Below, in pieces: positions 13,052 through 23,507 of a DNA stretch of 31,471 nucleotides. Numbering within the stretch: the first letter of the stretch is position 1; each line of letters begins with the position of its first letter. The stretch comes from Gammaproteobacteria bacterium (GTDB lineage: Bacteria > Pseudomonadota > Gammaproteobacteria > Cardiobacteriales > Wohlfahrtiimonadaceae). Below the pieces are notes generated by a model. The model made no database searches. It worked only from the letters and a program-made list of their open reading frames with translations, and was not told the DNA's origin. The position numbers were made by a program, and so were the translations under genes. The stretch spans positions 1-31,471 of the forward strand of contig BHEQ01000001.1 in assembly GCA_003864535.1 (NCBI GenBank), given 5' to 3'.

Positions 13052-16000
13052 ATGACTAATTACACGAATACCATCGCAGAATTAAAAAACTTCATCATTT
13101 TGGATAAATACACCAAAAAACCGCAGCTTAGTGAAATCTATCAAAGCGAAGATGCGTTAGAGCGTGAGCTCATAAGCGATCTGACAAAACAAGGCTATGA
13201 ATATATGGCGGCCTTAAACTCGCCTAAAGCCATGCTTGAAAATATACGCATTCAGCTGCAAAACTTAAATAATGTCTTGTTTTTAGATACAGAATGGTTG
13301 CGCTTTATTGAACAATATCTAGATAAATCTAGCGATAACAGCATCGATAAAACGCGTAAGATTCATGATGATTATATTTATGATTTTGTCTTTGATGATG
13401 GTCATATTCAAAATATCTACTTGCTCGATAAACAAAATATCACCAAAAATAAACTCCAAGTGATTAAGCAGTTTGAGCAAACAGGATCACACGCGAATCG
13501 CTATGATGTCACTATTTTAGTTAATGGTTTGCCTTTGGTACATATTGAGCTTAAAAAGCGCGGAATTGCGATTCGTGAAGCGTTTAACCAAGTTCACCGT
13601 TACAGTAAAGAGAGCTTTAACGCTGATAATTCATTATTTAAATACCTCCAGATTTTTGTGATTTCAAACGGTACCGACACGCGCTATTTTGCCAATACAA
13701 CCAAGCGCGATAAAAATAGTTTTGATTTCACCATGAATTGGGCGCGATCTGATAACGAACCGATTAAAGATTTAACCGACTTTACCGCCACTTTTTTGCA
13801 AAAAAACACCTTATTGAATGTCTTAATTAATTATTCCGTGTTTGATGTGAGCAATAACCTGTTAGTGATGCGCCCTTATCAAATCGCTGCGACTGAACGC
13901 ATTTTATGGAAAATTAAAAGCACATATCAAGCCAAAAATTGGAGCAAAACCGAAAGCGGTGGCTATATTTGGCATACGACGGGATCGGGTAAAACCTTAA
14001 CCAGCTTTAAAGCGGCACGCTTAGCCACTGAGCTTGAGTTTATCGATAAAGTATTTTTTGTGGTTGACCGTAAAGATTTGGACTTTCAAACGATGAAAGA
14101 ATATCAAAAATTCTCGCCTGATAGCGTGAATGGCTCAAATAGTACCGCAGGATTAAAGCGTAATCTTGAAAAAGATGATAATAAAATCATTGTAACCACG
14201 ATACAAAAACTCAACCATTTAATGAAAAGTGAACAGGATTTACCCATCTACACAAAGCAAGTGCTGTTTATTTTTGATGAAGCGCACCGCAGCCAGTTTG
14301 GTGAGGCGCAAAAAAACTTAAAGAGAAAATTTAAAAAGTATTATCAATTTGGGTTTACAGGAACGCCTATTTTTTCTGAAAATGCTTTGGGATCTGAAAC
14401 AACCGCCAGCGTCTTTGGCTGTGAGTTGCACGCGTATGTGATTACCAATGCGATTCGTGATGAAAAAGTATTAAAGTTCAAGGTAGATTACAACGATGTG
14501 CGCCAAAAATTCAAAGTGATTGAGTCTGAGCAAGATGAGAAGAAACTATCAGCTGCTGAAAATAAGCAGGCGTTGTTACACCCCATGCGTATTTCTGAAA
14601 TAACCCAGTATATTTTAAATAATTTCAGGCAAAAAACGCATCGCCTTCAAGCGGGTGGTAAGGGTTTTAATGCCCTGTTTGCCGTGAGTAATATTGATGC
14701 TGCTAAGGCGTATTATGAAGCGTTTAAACATTTACAAAACGAGCCTGAAAACAATAATAACAGCCATCCGCTTAAGGTTGCGACGATCTTCTCTTTTGCT
14801 GCCAACGAAGAGCAAAATGCTAAGGGTGAAATAGCGGATGAAAGCTTTGAGGTCACGGCAATGGACAGCAGTGCCAAAGAGTTTTTAACCGCCGCTATTA
14901 ATGACTATAACGTCATGTTTAAAACTAACTTTAGTGTAGACAGTGATAACTTCCAAAACTACTATCGCGACCTTGCGCAACGCGTCAAAAGTCAAGAAGT
15001 AGACTTGTTAATTGTGGTCGGTATGTTTTTAACAGGATTTGATGCACCCATGTTAAACACCTTATTTGTCGATAAAAACTTACGTTACCACGGCTTAATT
15101 CAAGCATTTTCTCGCACGAATCGTATTTATAATTCCATTAAAACCTTTGGTAATATTGTCACCTTCCGTGATTTAGAGCAGGCGACGATTGATGCAATTA
15201 CGCTATTTGGCGACGAAAAAACGAGAAACGTAGTGCTAGAAAAAAGCTATACGCAGTATATGGAAGGCTTTACCGATTCAGCCACAGGAAGTGTACATAG
15301 TGGTTATTTAGAAATTGTAGCCGAGTTGCAAACACGCTTTCCAAACCCTGATAAGATTGAAAAAGAACAAGATAAAAAAGATTTTGCTAAATTATTTGGT
15401 AAATATTTACAAGCTGAAAATGTACTCCAAAACTACGATGAATTCACCGCACTAAAAGCACTACAGCATGTTGATACCAATAATGTAGAAGCTGTCGCGG
15501 CATTTAAAGAAAAACATTACCTTACTGATGAAGATGTTACGGCAATGCAAGCAAATGTGATACCAACCGAACGAGCGATTCAAGATTATTGTTCAAGCTA
15601 TAACGATACGCGTGATTGGTTACGCCGTGAAAAGTCAGCGAATGAGAAAGACAAATCGAATATTGACTGGGATGATGTAATCTTTGAAGTGGACTTACTT
15701 AAATCACAAGAAATTGATCTTGATTACATTCTTAAGCTGATCTTTGACAAGAATAAAAAAAGCAGCAATAAAGAAGCGTTAATTGATGAGGTGCGCCGCT
15801 TAATCCGTGCCAGCTTTAATAACCGCGCTAAAGAGAGCTTGGTGGTTGATTTTATTAATCAAACCAACCTCGATGAGATTATTGACAAAGCAAGTATTAT
15901 TGATGCGTTTTTCAAATTTGCGCAAGAGAAGCAGCAGCAAGAAGTTATCGCTTTAATTAGTTCTGAAAATTTAAACGAAGATGCCGCTAAACGCTATATC

Positions 16001-16168
16001 AGCGCCTCTTTAAAACGAGAATATGCAAGTGAAAACGGCACCGAGCTCAACGCAACACTACCCAAATTAAGCCCATTAAACCCAGAATACAGAACGAAAA
16101 AACAGAGCGTTTTCCAGAAAATTGCCGCATTTGTTGAGAAATATAAAGGAGTGGGTGGACAAATATAG
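13052..16168 (+). CDS. hsdR: Type I restriction enzyme R subunit (EcoR124I-like)
   Basis: Nuclease motif [27 protein letters not shown], Walker [39 protein letters not shown]; all motifs intact, 1038 aa. Confidence 0.95.
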   Translation: MTNYTNTIAELKNFIILDKYTKKPQLSEIYQSEDALERELISDLTKQGYEYMAALNSPKAMLENIRIQLQNLNNVLFLDTEWLRFIEQYLDKSSDNSIDKTRKIHDDYIYDFVFDDGHIQNIYLLDKQNITKNKLQVIKQFEQTGSHANRYDVTILVNGLPLVHIELKKRGIAIREAFNQVHRYSKESFNADNSLFKYLQIFVISNGTDTRYFANTTKRDKNSFDFTMNWARSDNEPIKDLTDFTATFLQKNTLLNVLINYSVFDVSNNLLVMRPYQIAATERILWKIKSTYQAKNWSKTESGGYIWHTTGSGKTLTSFKAARLATELEFIDKVFFVVDRKDLDFQTMKEYQKFSPDSVNGSNSTAGLKRNLEKDDNKIIVTTIQKLNHLMKSEQDLPIYTKQVLFIFDEAHRSQFGEAQKNLKRKFKKYYQFGFTGTPIFSENALGSETTASVFGCELHAYVITNAIRDEKVLKFKVDYNDVRQKFKVIESEQDEKKLSAAENKQALLHPMRISEITQYILNNFRQKTHRLQAGGKGFNALFAVSNIDAAKAYYEAFKHLQNEPENNNNSHPLKVATIFSFAANEEQNAKGEIADESFEVTAMDSSAKEFLTAAINDYNVMFKTNFSVDSDNFQNYYRDLAQRVKSQEVDLLIVVGMFLTGFDAPMLNTLFVDKNLRYHGLIQAFSRTNRIYNSIKTFGNIVTFRDLEQATIDAITLFGDEKTRNVVLEKSYTQYMEGFTDSATGSVHSGYLEIVAELQTRFPNPDKIEKEQDKKDFAKLFGKYLQAENVLQNYDEFTALKALQHVDTNNVEAVAAFKEKHYLTDEDVTAMQANVIPTERAIQDYCSSYNDTRDWLRREKSANEKDKSNIDWDDVIFEVDLLKSQEIDLDYILKLIFDKNKKSSNKEALIDEVRRLIRASFNNRAKESLVVDFINQTNLDEIIDKASIIDAFFKFAQEKQQQEVIALISSENLNEDAAKRYISASLKREYASENGTELNATLPKLSPLNPEYRTKKQSVFQKIAAFVEKYKGVGGQI

Positions 16169-16217
16169 GCTTGAAAGCCTAGGAATTAAGATGGAAATCG
16201 CATATTAAGGAGAAAAC

Positions 16218-16856
16218 ATGACTATTCCAGATAACATAAAAATATACCATATTGTTCATGTAGATAGATTGCTTTCTATTATTAATAATGAAGGCTTATA
16301 TTGTGATGAGCAAATTACGCAGAATAATGTTACTGGAACAAATATTGGGCTGACTGAGATTAAGCAACGTCGCTTAACGAATTCATTAAATAGCCATCCT
16401 GAGCTTTATGTTGGTCAATGCGTGCCCTTTTATTTTTGTCCGCGCTCAATTATGTTGTACTTGCTCTTCCGTAGGAATAATCCAGAACTACAATATATTG
16501 GTGGTCAAGAGCCTATTATTCACCTTCAAATTGATCTGCACACAGGGGTTACATGGGCTGAGAAGAATAATAAACGCTGGGCATTTACCTTATCCAATGC
16601 AGGTGCTTATTATTTTGAAGATCGCTGTAGTTTGGAGCAGCTAGAGGAACTTAATTGGCAAGCAATACACGCAACAAACTGGCAAGATTGTAAAGAGGGC
16701 AAGCAAGCTGAATTTCTTGTAGAATACGCTTGTCCTTGGCAACTTATCGAAATGATAGGTGTTCATTCACAAAAAACATCTCAACTTGTGATCGATGCAT
16801 TATCAGAGGCAGAATATCGCCCAGATGTTACAATCAAACCAGAATGGTACTACTAA
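16218..16856 (+). CDS. darT: DNA ADP-ribosyltransferase toxin DarT (DUF4433; thymidine-targeting DarT2 type)
   Basis: YHIVHVDRLLSII..GL, CVPFYFCPRSIMLY, AFTLSNAGAYYF, catalytic GKQAEFLV, ends PEWYY. AAGGAG RBS; paired with a macrodomain gene. Confidence 0.92.
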   Translation: MTIPDNIKIYHIVHVDRLLSIINNEGLYCDEQITQNNVTGTNIGLTEIKQRRLTNSLNSHPELYVGQCVPFYFCPRSIMLYLLFRRNNPELQYIGGQEPIIHLQIDLHTGVTWAEKNNKRWAFTLSNAGAYYFEDRCSLEQLEELNWQAIHATNWQDCKEGKQAEFLVEYACPWQLIEMIGVHSQKTSQLVIDALSEAEYRPDVTIKPEWYY

Positions 16857-16869
16857 TGAGGCAAATAGC

Positions 16870-17904
16870 ATGATCAAATTTACGAGCGGAGATATTCTAC
16901 ACGCTGACGCTGATGCGATTGTAAATACTGTCAATTGTGTTGGTATTATGGGGCGTGGTATTGCTTTGCAGTTTAAAAAAGCATGGCCTGATAACTTTAA
17001 AGCTTACGCTAAAGTGTGTGATGCTGGTCAAATGATAACTGGGAAAATGTTTATTTTTGAAACAGGCAAGCTCACAGCTCCGCACTATATTATTAATTTC
17101 CCAACTAAGCGTCACTGGCGAGGTGCGAGTAGAATTGAAGATATAGAATCAGGTCTTGTTGCTTTGGTTGAGGACATTAAAAAATATAAAATAAAATCAA
17201 TTGCTATTCCGCCATTAGGCGCGGGTCTTGGCGGCTTAGACTGGCAATTAGTCCGTGATAAAATTAAATTAGTAATGAGTGCCATACCCAATGTGGATGT
17301 GCTGGTTTATGAACCTAATGGAGCGCCTGAGAATGATGTTATCGTTCGTAATAAAAAACCCCCTAAAATGACAGTAGGGCGAGCTATTCTTATCGAACTA
17401 ATGCAGCGTTATTTAGCAGGCTTACTTGATCCATCAGTATCTTTATTAGAAGTCCATAAACTACTTTATTTTATGCAAGTAGCAGGTCAGCCTTTACGCT
17501 TGCGATATACAAAAGCAACTTATGGCCCGTATGCAGAAAATTTACGTCATGTTCTTAATGAAATGGAAGGGCATTATATTTTAGGATATGCAGATGGTGG
17601 GGATGATCCAAATAAAGAGTTACAGTTAATCCCAGGCGCGATAGAAGAGGCCAGCGCCTTTTTGGCTCAAGAACCTGAGACTAAACAACGTTTTGAGAGA
17701 GTATCACAGCTTATTGAAGGGTTTGAGTCATCTTTTGGATTAGAATTACTCGCCACCGTTCATTGGATTAAAACAAAAAGCAAGATAACCGCTAGCGATG
17801 ACATTGTGAAGGCTACCTATGCTTGGAATGAGCATAAACGTCAATTTACACCAAGGCAAATTGATCTCGCAGATAAGGTTCTTTCTAAGAGCCAGTTTAA
17901 TTAA
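16870..17904 (+). CDS. darG: Macrodomain antitoxin DarG (ADP-ribosylglycohydrolase)
   Basis: True start at 16870 (GAGG RBS). MIKFTSGDIL, VNTVNCVGIMGRGIALQFK, IINFPTKRHWR, AIPPLGAGLGGLDW, C-terminal HKLLYFMQ, YGPYA and GLELLATVHW. Confidence 0.93.
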   Translation: MIKFTSGDILHADADAIVNTVNCVGIMGRGIALQFKKAWPDNFKAYAKVCDAGQMITGKMFIFETGKLTAPHYIINFPTKRHWRGASRIEDIESGLVALVEDIKKYKIKSIAIPPLGAGLGGLDWQLVRDKIKLVMSAIPNVDVLVYEPNGAPENDVIVRNKKPPKMTVGRAILIELMQRYLAGLLDPSVSLLEVHKLLYFMQVAGQPLRLRYTKATYGPYAENLRHVLNEMEGHYILGYADGGDDPNKELQLIPGAIEEASAFLAQEPETKQRFERVSQLIEGFESSFGLELLATVHWIKTKSKITASDDIVKATYAWNEHKRQFTPRQIDLADKVLSKSQFN

Positions 17905-17951
17905 AACCATGAGCATTATTAATATATATAAACAAGCTAAATACGCTAGAT

Positions 17952-18206
17952 TTAGTAGTGAAAGCGGCATTGAATGATCACAAGTGCCGCATCTTCTATT
18001 GCATAAACTAAGCGATGTTTCCCAGATATTCTGCGTGACCAATAGCCCGCTAGATTGTAGCGTAGTTGTTCAGGCTTGCCTATGCCCTCAAATGGCGCTC
18101 GTTGAATTTCTCTAATCAGCAGATTAATGCGCTTTAAGTTAGGCTTATCATTCTGCATAAACCACTGATACTCTTCCCTTGATTCAGGTGTAAATAGTAA
18201 ATTCAT
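17952..18206 (-). CDS. yoeB: Txe/YoeB family mRNA interferase toxin
   Basis: GIGKPEQLRYNLAGYWSRRISGKHRLVY, ends CRFHY; TAATG overlap with the antitoxin stop. Confidence 0.95.
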   Translation of the reverse strand: MNLLFTPESREEYQWFMQNDKPNLKRINLLIREIQRAPFEGIGKPEQLRYNLAGYWSRRISGKHRLVYAIEDAALVIIQCRFHY

Positions 18207-18457
18207 TATTCTACCAATTTATATTGCTTCAGCTTACCTGCGCGAGCATGTTTAATTGACTGAGTTAATCTTTCTAAATTAGCTTGCGAGCTCAGTAAGT
18301 GGGCAGTCTCCTCTAGCGCATTAAACTCCGATAAAGCCATCATGACTACAGGTGCACCATTTTGTCTTGTTATCAGCACAGGGCTTCTATCTTCTTCAAC
18401 TTTATCCATTGTTTTTGCTAGATTTTGTCTAGCATATGAGTAGCTAATCGCTTCCAT
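18206..18457 (-). CDS. yefM: YefM/Phd family antitoxin
   Basis: ISYSYARQNLAKTMDKV, VLITRQNG, EFNALEETAHLLSS..N..RL. Confidence 0.95.
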   Translation of the reverse strand: MEAISYSYARQNLAKTMDKVEEDRSPVLITRQNGAPVVMMALSEFNALEETAHLLSSQANLERLTQSIKHARAGKLKQYKLVE

Positions 18458-18487
18458 TATATTTACCTTTTATTAAAATAAAACCAC

Positions 18488-18513
18488 AATTATTGTACAA
18501 TAATTTGTACAAA
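18488..18513. promoter_or_regulatory. YefM-YoeB operator (long and short TGTACA palindromes)
   Basis: Perfect 18-bp palindrome AATTATTGTACAATAATT plus TTTGTACAAA. The two TGTACA cores are 12 bp apart, as in the E. coli yefM-yoeB operator. Confidence 0.85.
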
Positions 18514-18631
18514 GTAGGCGCAATATTTCATCAAGGCACGCGTAGTGTTTAATCTTGTTATATCGCTATTTTGATGTAAAATAAACGCTTAAACTTTAGT
18601 AATTAAATAAATTTAACTGGAAGTGCTACTA

Positions 18632-20461
18632 ATGAAAATAAACCTAGTAAAAATAAACCAAGTGAAAATAAATCATATTAAAAAAAATAAAATAACTATA
18701 AAACTAAGCACTCTATTGTTTATTTTATGCTTGCAACCAAATATATTATCAATTGCAGCGGCAAAGCCTAATGTTAATCCTGCGATTAATCCTGCTATAC
18801 AGAGCACACAAATAAGCGCACCTAAACCAAAGCCGCACGATCTTAAACATGTACTTAATGATGATTCTGATCGAACCTATAAAATATTACTCGCTGAAAC
18901 AGCGGCTTTACACGGTGATTTTAAAACAGCAATAGAAAGCTATCAAAGTATTAAGAATTATGGCGATGAGACCCCATTATTAGCACGTATTTTGGGCTTA
19001 GCTTTTTACAATAAAAATGAGCAGGATTTTGAAAAGGAAGCCTTGCAATGGGTAAAGACTGAGCCTAATAACTCAGCTGCACTTGAAGTCCTTGCGCTAA
19101 TTCAAATAAAAAATAATAAAATTGACGCTGCGATTGATACTTTAAATCAATTGATTGTTATGCTCCAAAATGAAAATAAAAATGGATATAGCTTTGTTTA
19201 TTCAGGCATAAAAGATGTTATTGATTCTGATAAGCTCGTTTATGTTTTTGATAAATTAGGCGATATGAATACAAAAAAAGATGGTATGGGGCAATTTTTT
19301 GCAGCTTATATTGCCAATGAGGATGGAAATACAATTAATGCCAATAAAATGATTAACAAGGCATTAGAGTTTAATCCAATCTCATTTGATTTTATTCAAT
19401 TAAAAGCTGAATTAATGTGGCAGGATAATAAAATAAAAGAAGCCTTAGCACTGCTTTATCACTACTCTAAGTCTCCGCTCCAAACTGATTTTAATGAGGT
19501 TGATGCCGCGCTGCTTTATGCAAAATTTCTGGTAAAAAATCTTGAATATTTAAAAGCTGAGCACATTTTAAATACGGTCGCAAATACTAATTCTACAAAT
19601 TTAGATTTAAGCTTAATGCAATTCATGCTCTATTTAGAGCTTGGAAATATCAATAAAGCACAAATAGCTATCAATAAAATTGCAATTTTTGATATCAATA
19701 AATCCATAGTAAATCAAGCTAATTTATATAAAAAACAAGGCAAGTATCAAGAAGCACGGCAAAATTATCTAAAATTAGATGATGCACCTACTTTATTGGC
19801 ACGTGAATTAATTGTAGTTGAAACATTTTTAGCTGAAAAAAATCTTCTCGCTTTTACCGAGCAAATGGGGTTTTTACGCGCAAAATATCCCAAAAGTCAG
19901 AAAGATTTATACTTACAAGAAGTGTTTCAATTAGAAAAATATAACTATTATCAAGAAGCTTATCTCTTAAGCTCGTTAATGATCCAATATTTTCCTGAAG
20001 ATGGAAGCCTAATTAACTCTAAAGCTCTGCTCGCACTTAAACTCGGGCGTTATGATGAGTTTGAAAGCTTAATGCGGCTAAGACTCAAAGATAACCCAAA
20101 TGATGTAAATACTCTAAATGGGCTTGGATATGTGATTTTTGAGCAGGAAAAAACGCAGCTTTATCCAGAAGCTAAAATCATGATTGAACAAGCGTATAAA
20201 TTGATGCCAAACAGTATGGCAATTATGGATAGCATGGGCTGGATGTATTATCAAATTGGGGATTATCCGCAAGCATTAGATTATTTGGAGGTCGCTTATA
20301 ATCAAATGAAAGAGCCTGAGGTTATTGTGCATTATCTTGCTGCTTTAATTAAAAATAATCGAAAAAAAGAGGCTGATGAGATTTTTAAAATAGTTAAAAT
20401 TTTGTATCCTGATAATGAATATACTCTTTGGTATATGCAAAATATCTTAAAAATCAAATAA
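18632..20461 (+). CDS. Exported tetratricopeptide-repeat protein (resembles the family usually found between hemA and lolB); alternative GTG start 18623
   Basis: Signal-peptide-like N-terminus, all-helical repeats, C-terminal PNDVNTLNGLGY...AYKLMPNSMAIMDSMGWMYYQIG...EPEVIVHY. Confidence 0.8.
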   Translation: MKINLVKINQVKINHIKKNKITIKLSTLLFILCLQPNILSIAAAKPNVNPAINPAIQSTQISAPKPKPHDLKHVLNDDSDRTYKILLAETAALHGDFKTAIESYQSIKNYGDETPLLARILGLAFYNKNEQDFEKEALQWVKTEPNNSAALEVLALIQIKNNKIDAAIDTLNQLIVMLQNENKNGYSFVYSGIKDVIDSDKLVYVFDKLGDMNTKKDGMGQFFAAYIANEDGNTINANKMINKALEFNPISFDFIQLKAELMWQDNKIKEALALLYHYSKSPLQTDFNEVDAALLYAKFLVKNLEYLKAEHILNTVANTNSTNLDLSLMQFMLYLELGNINKAQIAINKIAIFDINKSIVNQANLYKKQGKYQEARQNYLKLDDAPTLLARELIVVETFLAEKNLLAFTEQMGFLRAKYPKSQKDLYLQEVFQLEKYNYYQEAYLLSSLMIQYFPEDGSLINSKALLALKLGRYDEFESLMRLRLKDNPNDVNTLNGLGYVIFEQEKTQLYPEAKIMIEQAYKLMPNSMAIMDSMGWMYYQIGDYPQALDYLEVAYNQMKEPEVIVHYLAALIKNNRKKEADEIFKIVKILYPDNEYTLWYMQNILKIK

Positions 20462-20483
20462 ATATAACTTTGAAAGTGGCAAA

Positions 20484-21089
20484 ATGATCTTAGAAAACAA
20501 GCTTAACATCACCAATCAAGTTGACTTGGCAATAGCTGAAGAAAAAATAAGTAAGCAAAAAGCCAAGCAACTTTTTGACTCAGGAGATATTGCTCGCGTT
20601 GATGTTGGTACTTTTGCAGGGCTTGCTGTTATCCACGCCTATTTGTTTGAGGATATTTATGACTTTGCAGGCAAAATTCGTGCAGTAAATATCTCCAAGG
20701 GTAATTTTCGTTTTGCACCGCTGATCTATTTATCCCAGTCGCTTGCGCATATCGACAAGATGCCGCAAGGTGATTTTGATGAGATTATCGAAAAATATGT
20801 GGAGATGAACATTGTTCATCCTTTTCGCGAAGGCAATGGACGCGCTATGCGTATCTGGCTTGATCTCATCCTTAAAACAAAAATCAAACAAGTGATAGAT
20901 TGGAATGAGGTCGATAAGGAGGATTATCTCTCCTCCATGCAGCGCAGTGCGGTGAAAGATGTTGAAATTAAAACTCTACTCAAACAAGATCTTACCAATA
21001 AAATTGATGACCGCGCCCTATTTATGAAAGGCATTGATGTAAGCTATTACTATGAAGGCTATAGCCAATTTAAGATTGAAGAGTTATAG
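20484..21089 (+). CDS. fic: Class III Fic AMP-transferase (NmFic-like, auto-inhibited)
   Basis: Canonical HPFREGNGRAMR motif and C-terminal inhibitory helix SYYYEG matching (S/T)xxxE(G/N); YVEMNI and ISKGNFRFA as in NmFic. Confidence 0.92.
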   Translation: MILENKLNITNQVDLAIAEEKISKQKAKQLFDSGDIARVDVGTFAGLAVIHAYLFEDIYDFAGKIRAVNISKGNFRFAPLIYLSQSLAHIDKMPQGDFDEIIEKYVEMNIVHPFREGNGRAMRIWLDLILKTKIKQVIDWNEVDKEDYLSSMQRSAVKDVEIKTLLKQDLTNKIDDRALFMKGIDVSYYYEGYSQFKIEEL

Positions 21090-21094
21090 AAGAT

Positions 21095-21166
21095 ATGCGT
21101 AAACTAATATTTTCAGGCAGTACGCTTGATGAAGATTTAGTTATAGCGAAGGCAAGCACGAGTTAA
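21095..21166 (+). pseudogene. 23-codon mini-ORF resembling an internal RhuM segment
   Basis: MRKLIFSGSTLDEDLVIAKASTS resembles the RhuM-family stretch xKNIFxxGELDExSVxAKFATT; weak RBS. Confidence 0.3.
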
Positions 21167-21178
21167 AATGGAATATAA

Positions 21179-22183
21179 ATGACCAATCATAATTTTTTAA
21201 TATACAACGATGCAAACCATCAAGTTCGTGTCGAGGCTAGATTTGAAGATGAGAATATTTGGCTTACACAGCGTCAAATAGTTGAACTTTTTCAAACCAC
21301 CAAATCAACAATAAGTGAGCATATTAGAAACATTTATGCCGATGGCGAATTGCTCCTCGAGGCAACTGTTCGGAAAATCCGAACAGTTCAACAAGAAGGC
21401 GAGCGCGAGGTTTCACGTGATTTAGATTATTATAATCTTGATATGGTTATATCTCTTGGATACCGAATCAACTCAAAAGTAGCCACCCAATTTCGCATTT
21501 GGGCAAGCAACGTCCTCAAAGAATATCTCAAAAAAGGTTTTGTATTAAACGATGAACGCTTAAAAAATCTCGGTGGTGGTAGCTACTGGAAAGAGCTACT
21601 CGAGCGTATCCGTGATATTCGCTCTAGTGAAAAAGTGATGTACCGCCAAGTATTGGAGTTATACACCACAGCAACGGACTACGACCCCAAAAGCCAAAAC
21701 AGTACGACTTTTTTTAAAGTCGTCCAAAATAAACTACACTTTGCTGCACATGGTAATACCGCCAGTGAAGTGGTTTATCTACGTGTGGACAGCGATAAAC
21801 CCTTTGTGGGCTTAACCAACTTTAAAGGCAATCAACCGACACAAGCTGAAGCGATGATAGCCAAAAACTATTTAAATGATAAAGAGCTACGCGTGTTAAA
21901 TAACCTAGTTTCGGCTTATTTTGATTTAGCAGAGTTAAATGCCATTGAAGAACGTGAGATGCGCATGACAGATTATATTCGTGAGTTAGACAGTATTCTC
22001 GCGTCAGCAGGGCGAAAATTGCTGGATAACGCAGGTAAAATATCCCATAGCCAAGCAGAAAATAAGGCTAGATTAGAATTTAAAAAATACAAATCCAAAA
22101 CACTGGAGCAAGTAGAGGTGGAATACCTAAAATTCATCAATGCACTGGAAAACCAAGCCAAAAAAGAGAGTCGTAAAAAATAA
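21179..22183 (+). CDS. rhuM: Virulence RhuM family protein
   Basis: ENIWLTQRQIVELF, ISEHIRNIY.DGEL, YYNLDMVISLGYRINSKVATQFRIWA, VQNKLHFAAHGNTASE, AKNYL. Confidence 0.9.
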   Translation: MTNHNFLIYNDANHQVRVEARFEDENIWLTQRQIVELFQTTKSTISEHIRNIYADGELLLEATVRKIRTVQQEGEREVSRDLDYYNLDMVISLGYRINSKVATQFRIWASNVLKEYLKKGFVLNDERLKNLGGGSYWKELLERIRDIRSSEKVMYRQVLELYTTATDYDPKSQNSTTFFKVVQNKLHFAAHGNTASEVVYLRVDSDKPFVGLTNFKGNQPTQAEAMIAKNYLNDKELRVLNNLVSAYFDLAELNAIEEREMRMTDYIRELDSILASAGRKLLDNAGKISHSQAENKARLEFKKYKSKTLEQVEVEYLKFINALENQAKKESRKK

Positions 22184-22245
22184 ATATACAATTTTTGCAC
22201 AGGCAAGAACTAAGCTTTATCCAGAAACTAAAATCATGAAATAAA

Positions 22246-23502
22246 TCAAGGCTTTTGCCAAATCGCCACAAATAAAGGCTGTTCTTGCACCATAAGACGC
22301 ATCTTCTTGGTTTTTTTTAATGAGGAGATTGCAAAACTATATGCGTTCATTTCTGCAAAATCAGCAAGTTGATCTGCATATTTATATAATGCTTGCTTAG
22401 TATTTTCAGAACGCGCGCCAACCATTAATTTTCCTCCTGAAATAAGTTTTTCCCAGCAAACATCTAAGATCACTTCAAAACGAGAATCTTGCGCACTTAC
22501 ATTTACATAAATAGCCGCGGGGGCTTCTGCAAGCTGGTCTAAAATAGGCGGGGCTGAGGCAATATGTACGCTAAGGTTGTCATATACCCCAAAGAGATCT
22601 CTATTTTTTAGAATAATGCTGCCATTTTCTTTAGAGTATTCTATAGCATGAATTTGCGAGCTTGGGCACCATCTTGCCCATTCTATCGCAAGTTCACCAA
22701 CTCCTGCGCCAACAACCCAAGCAGTATCATCACGGCGTGTTGCAATTAAAGATAATAGATTAACGCGTAAATGGCTTGATAATTGCAGCGGCTTATCCGC
22801 ATTATGATGAAAAAGATCATCCTTAATTCCAATAAATTCAGGTAAGGATAAGCCTGGACCTATCGCTTTGAAAATCATTAAAAATCTCTTTGAAAATATT
22901 TCATTACTTCTAGACAGAGCATCCGCGTAATCAAAAGTTATTTGCTCATCTTCTGTGCCTAAATTCTCAAAAACCCAGATAGGACTTGCGCCATAATCAG
23001 CTAAATATAGCTCTGAAGCAATAACACTAGGCGGATTATCTATATCAGATAGAATCGCATACCAGCCTTTTTGCGCTAGTTTGGAGCGCAATGTGTGTGA
23101 TAATTTCCCGACAAGATTAATCACATGTGCATCCTGCCACGGCTGACCTATTTTAGCAAAAGCTGCTTGAATATGAGAAATATTAGATTGAAAAACAAGC
23201 TCTTCTCTGTGTAACCGCTTGAGTAATATCTCGCCAATTCCATGAAATAAGGGATCGCCTTCAGTTAGAATAACTACTTTTTTATTAAAATAAAGATGCA
23301 AGGAACGCCAGAGAAGATCCATATCATCTTTAAGTTGAATTTTCTGACCCACAATAAGGTAATTATCTATATCAACATTTTGATATAAAACTAAATCAGC
23401 AGATTCAATTGCATTTAAGGCTTTGTCACTTAGGTTTTGTTGCTGCCCCATAATACCTAAGCCAATTACAAAAATAGGATCTCCATGCCAATACTTACTC
23501 AT
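22246..23502 (-). CDS. cobL: Divergent CbiE-CbiT fusion (precorrin-6Y methyltransferase/decarboxylase, CobL-like)
   Basis: CbiE part: IFVIGLG, VVILTEGDPLFHGIG, ISHIQAAFAKIGQPWQDA, VFENLGTEDEQI. CbiT part: GAGVGELAIEWAR...IHAIE, GGKL. Several motifs are degenerate. Confidence 0.75.
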   Translation of the reverse strand: MSKYWHGDPIFVIGLGIMGQQQNLSDKALNAIESADLVLYQNVDIDNYLIVGQKIQLKDDMDLLWRSLHLYFNKKVVILTEGDPLFHGIGEILLKRLHREELVFQSNISHIQAAFAKIGQPWQDAHVINLVGKLSHTLRSKLAQKGWYAILSDIDNPPSVIASELYLADYGASPIWVFENLGTEDEQITFDYADALSRSNEIFSKRFLMIFKAIGPGLSLPEFIGIKDDLFHHNADKPLQLSSHLRVNLLSLIATRRDDTAWVVGAGVGELAIEWARWCPSSQIHAIEYSKENGSIILKNRDLFGVYDNLSVHIASAPPILDQLAEAPAAIYVNVSAQDSRFEVILDVCWEKLISGGKLMVGARSENTKQALYKYADQLADFAEMNAYSFAISSLKKTKKMRLMVQEQPLFVAIWQKP

Positions 23503-23507
23503 TTTGC

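Noticed and set aside
16795-16869. 25-aa N-terminal extension of DarG in the ORF track
   Set aside because: Overlaps darT; the macrodomain starts at the ATG at 16870, which has a GAGG RBS.
16408-18042. ORFs 16408-16644(+), 16897-17115(-), 17746-18042(-)
   Set aside because: Fully overlap darT, darG or yoeB; no family motifs (checked in particular for hsdS-like features and found none).
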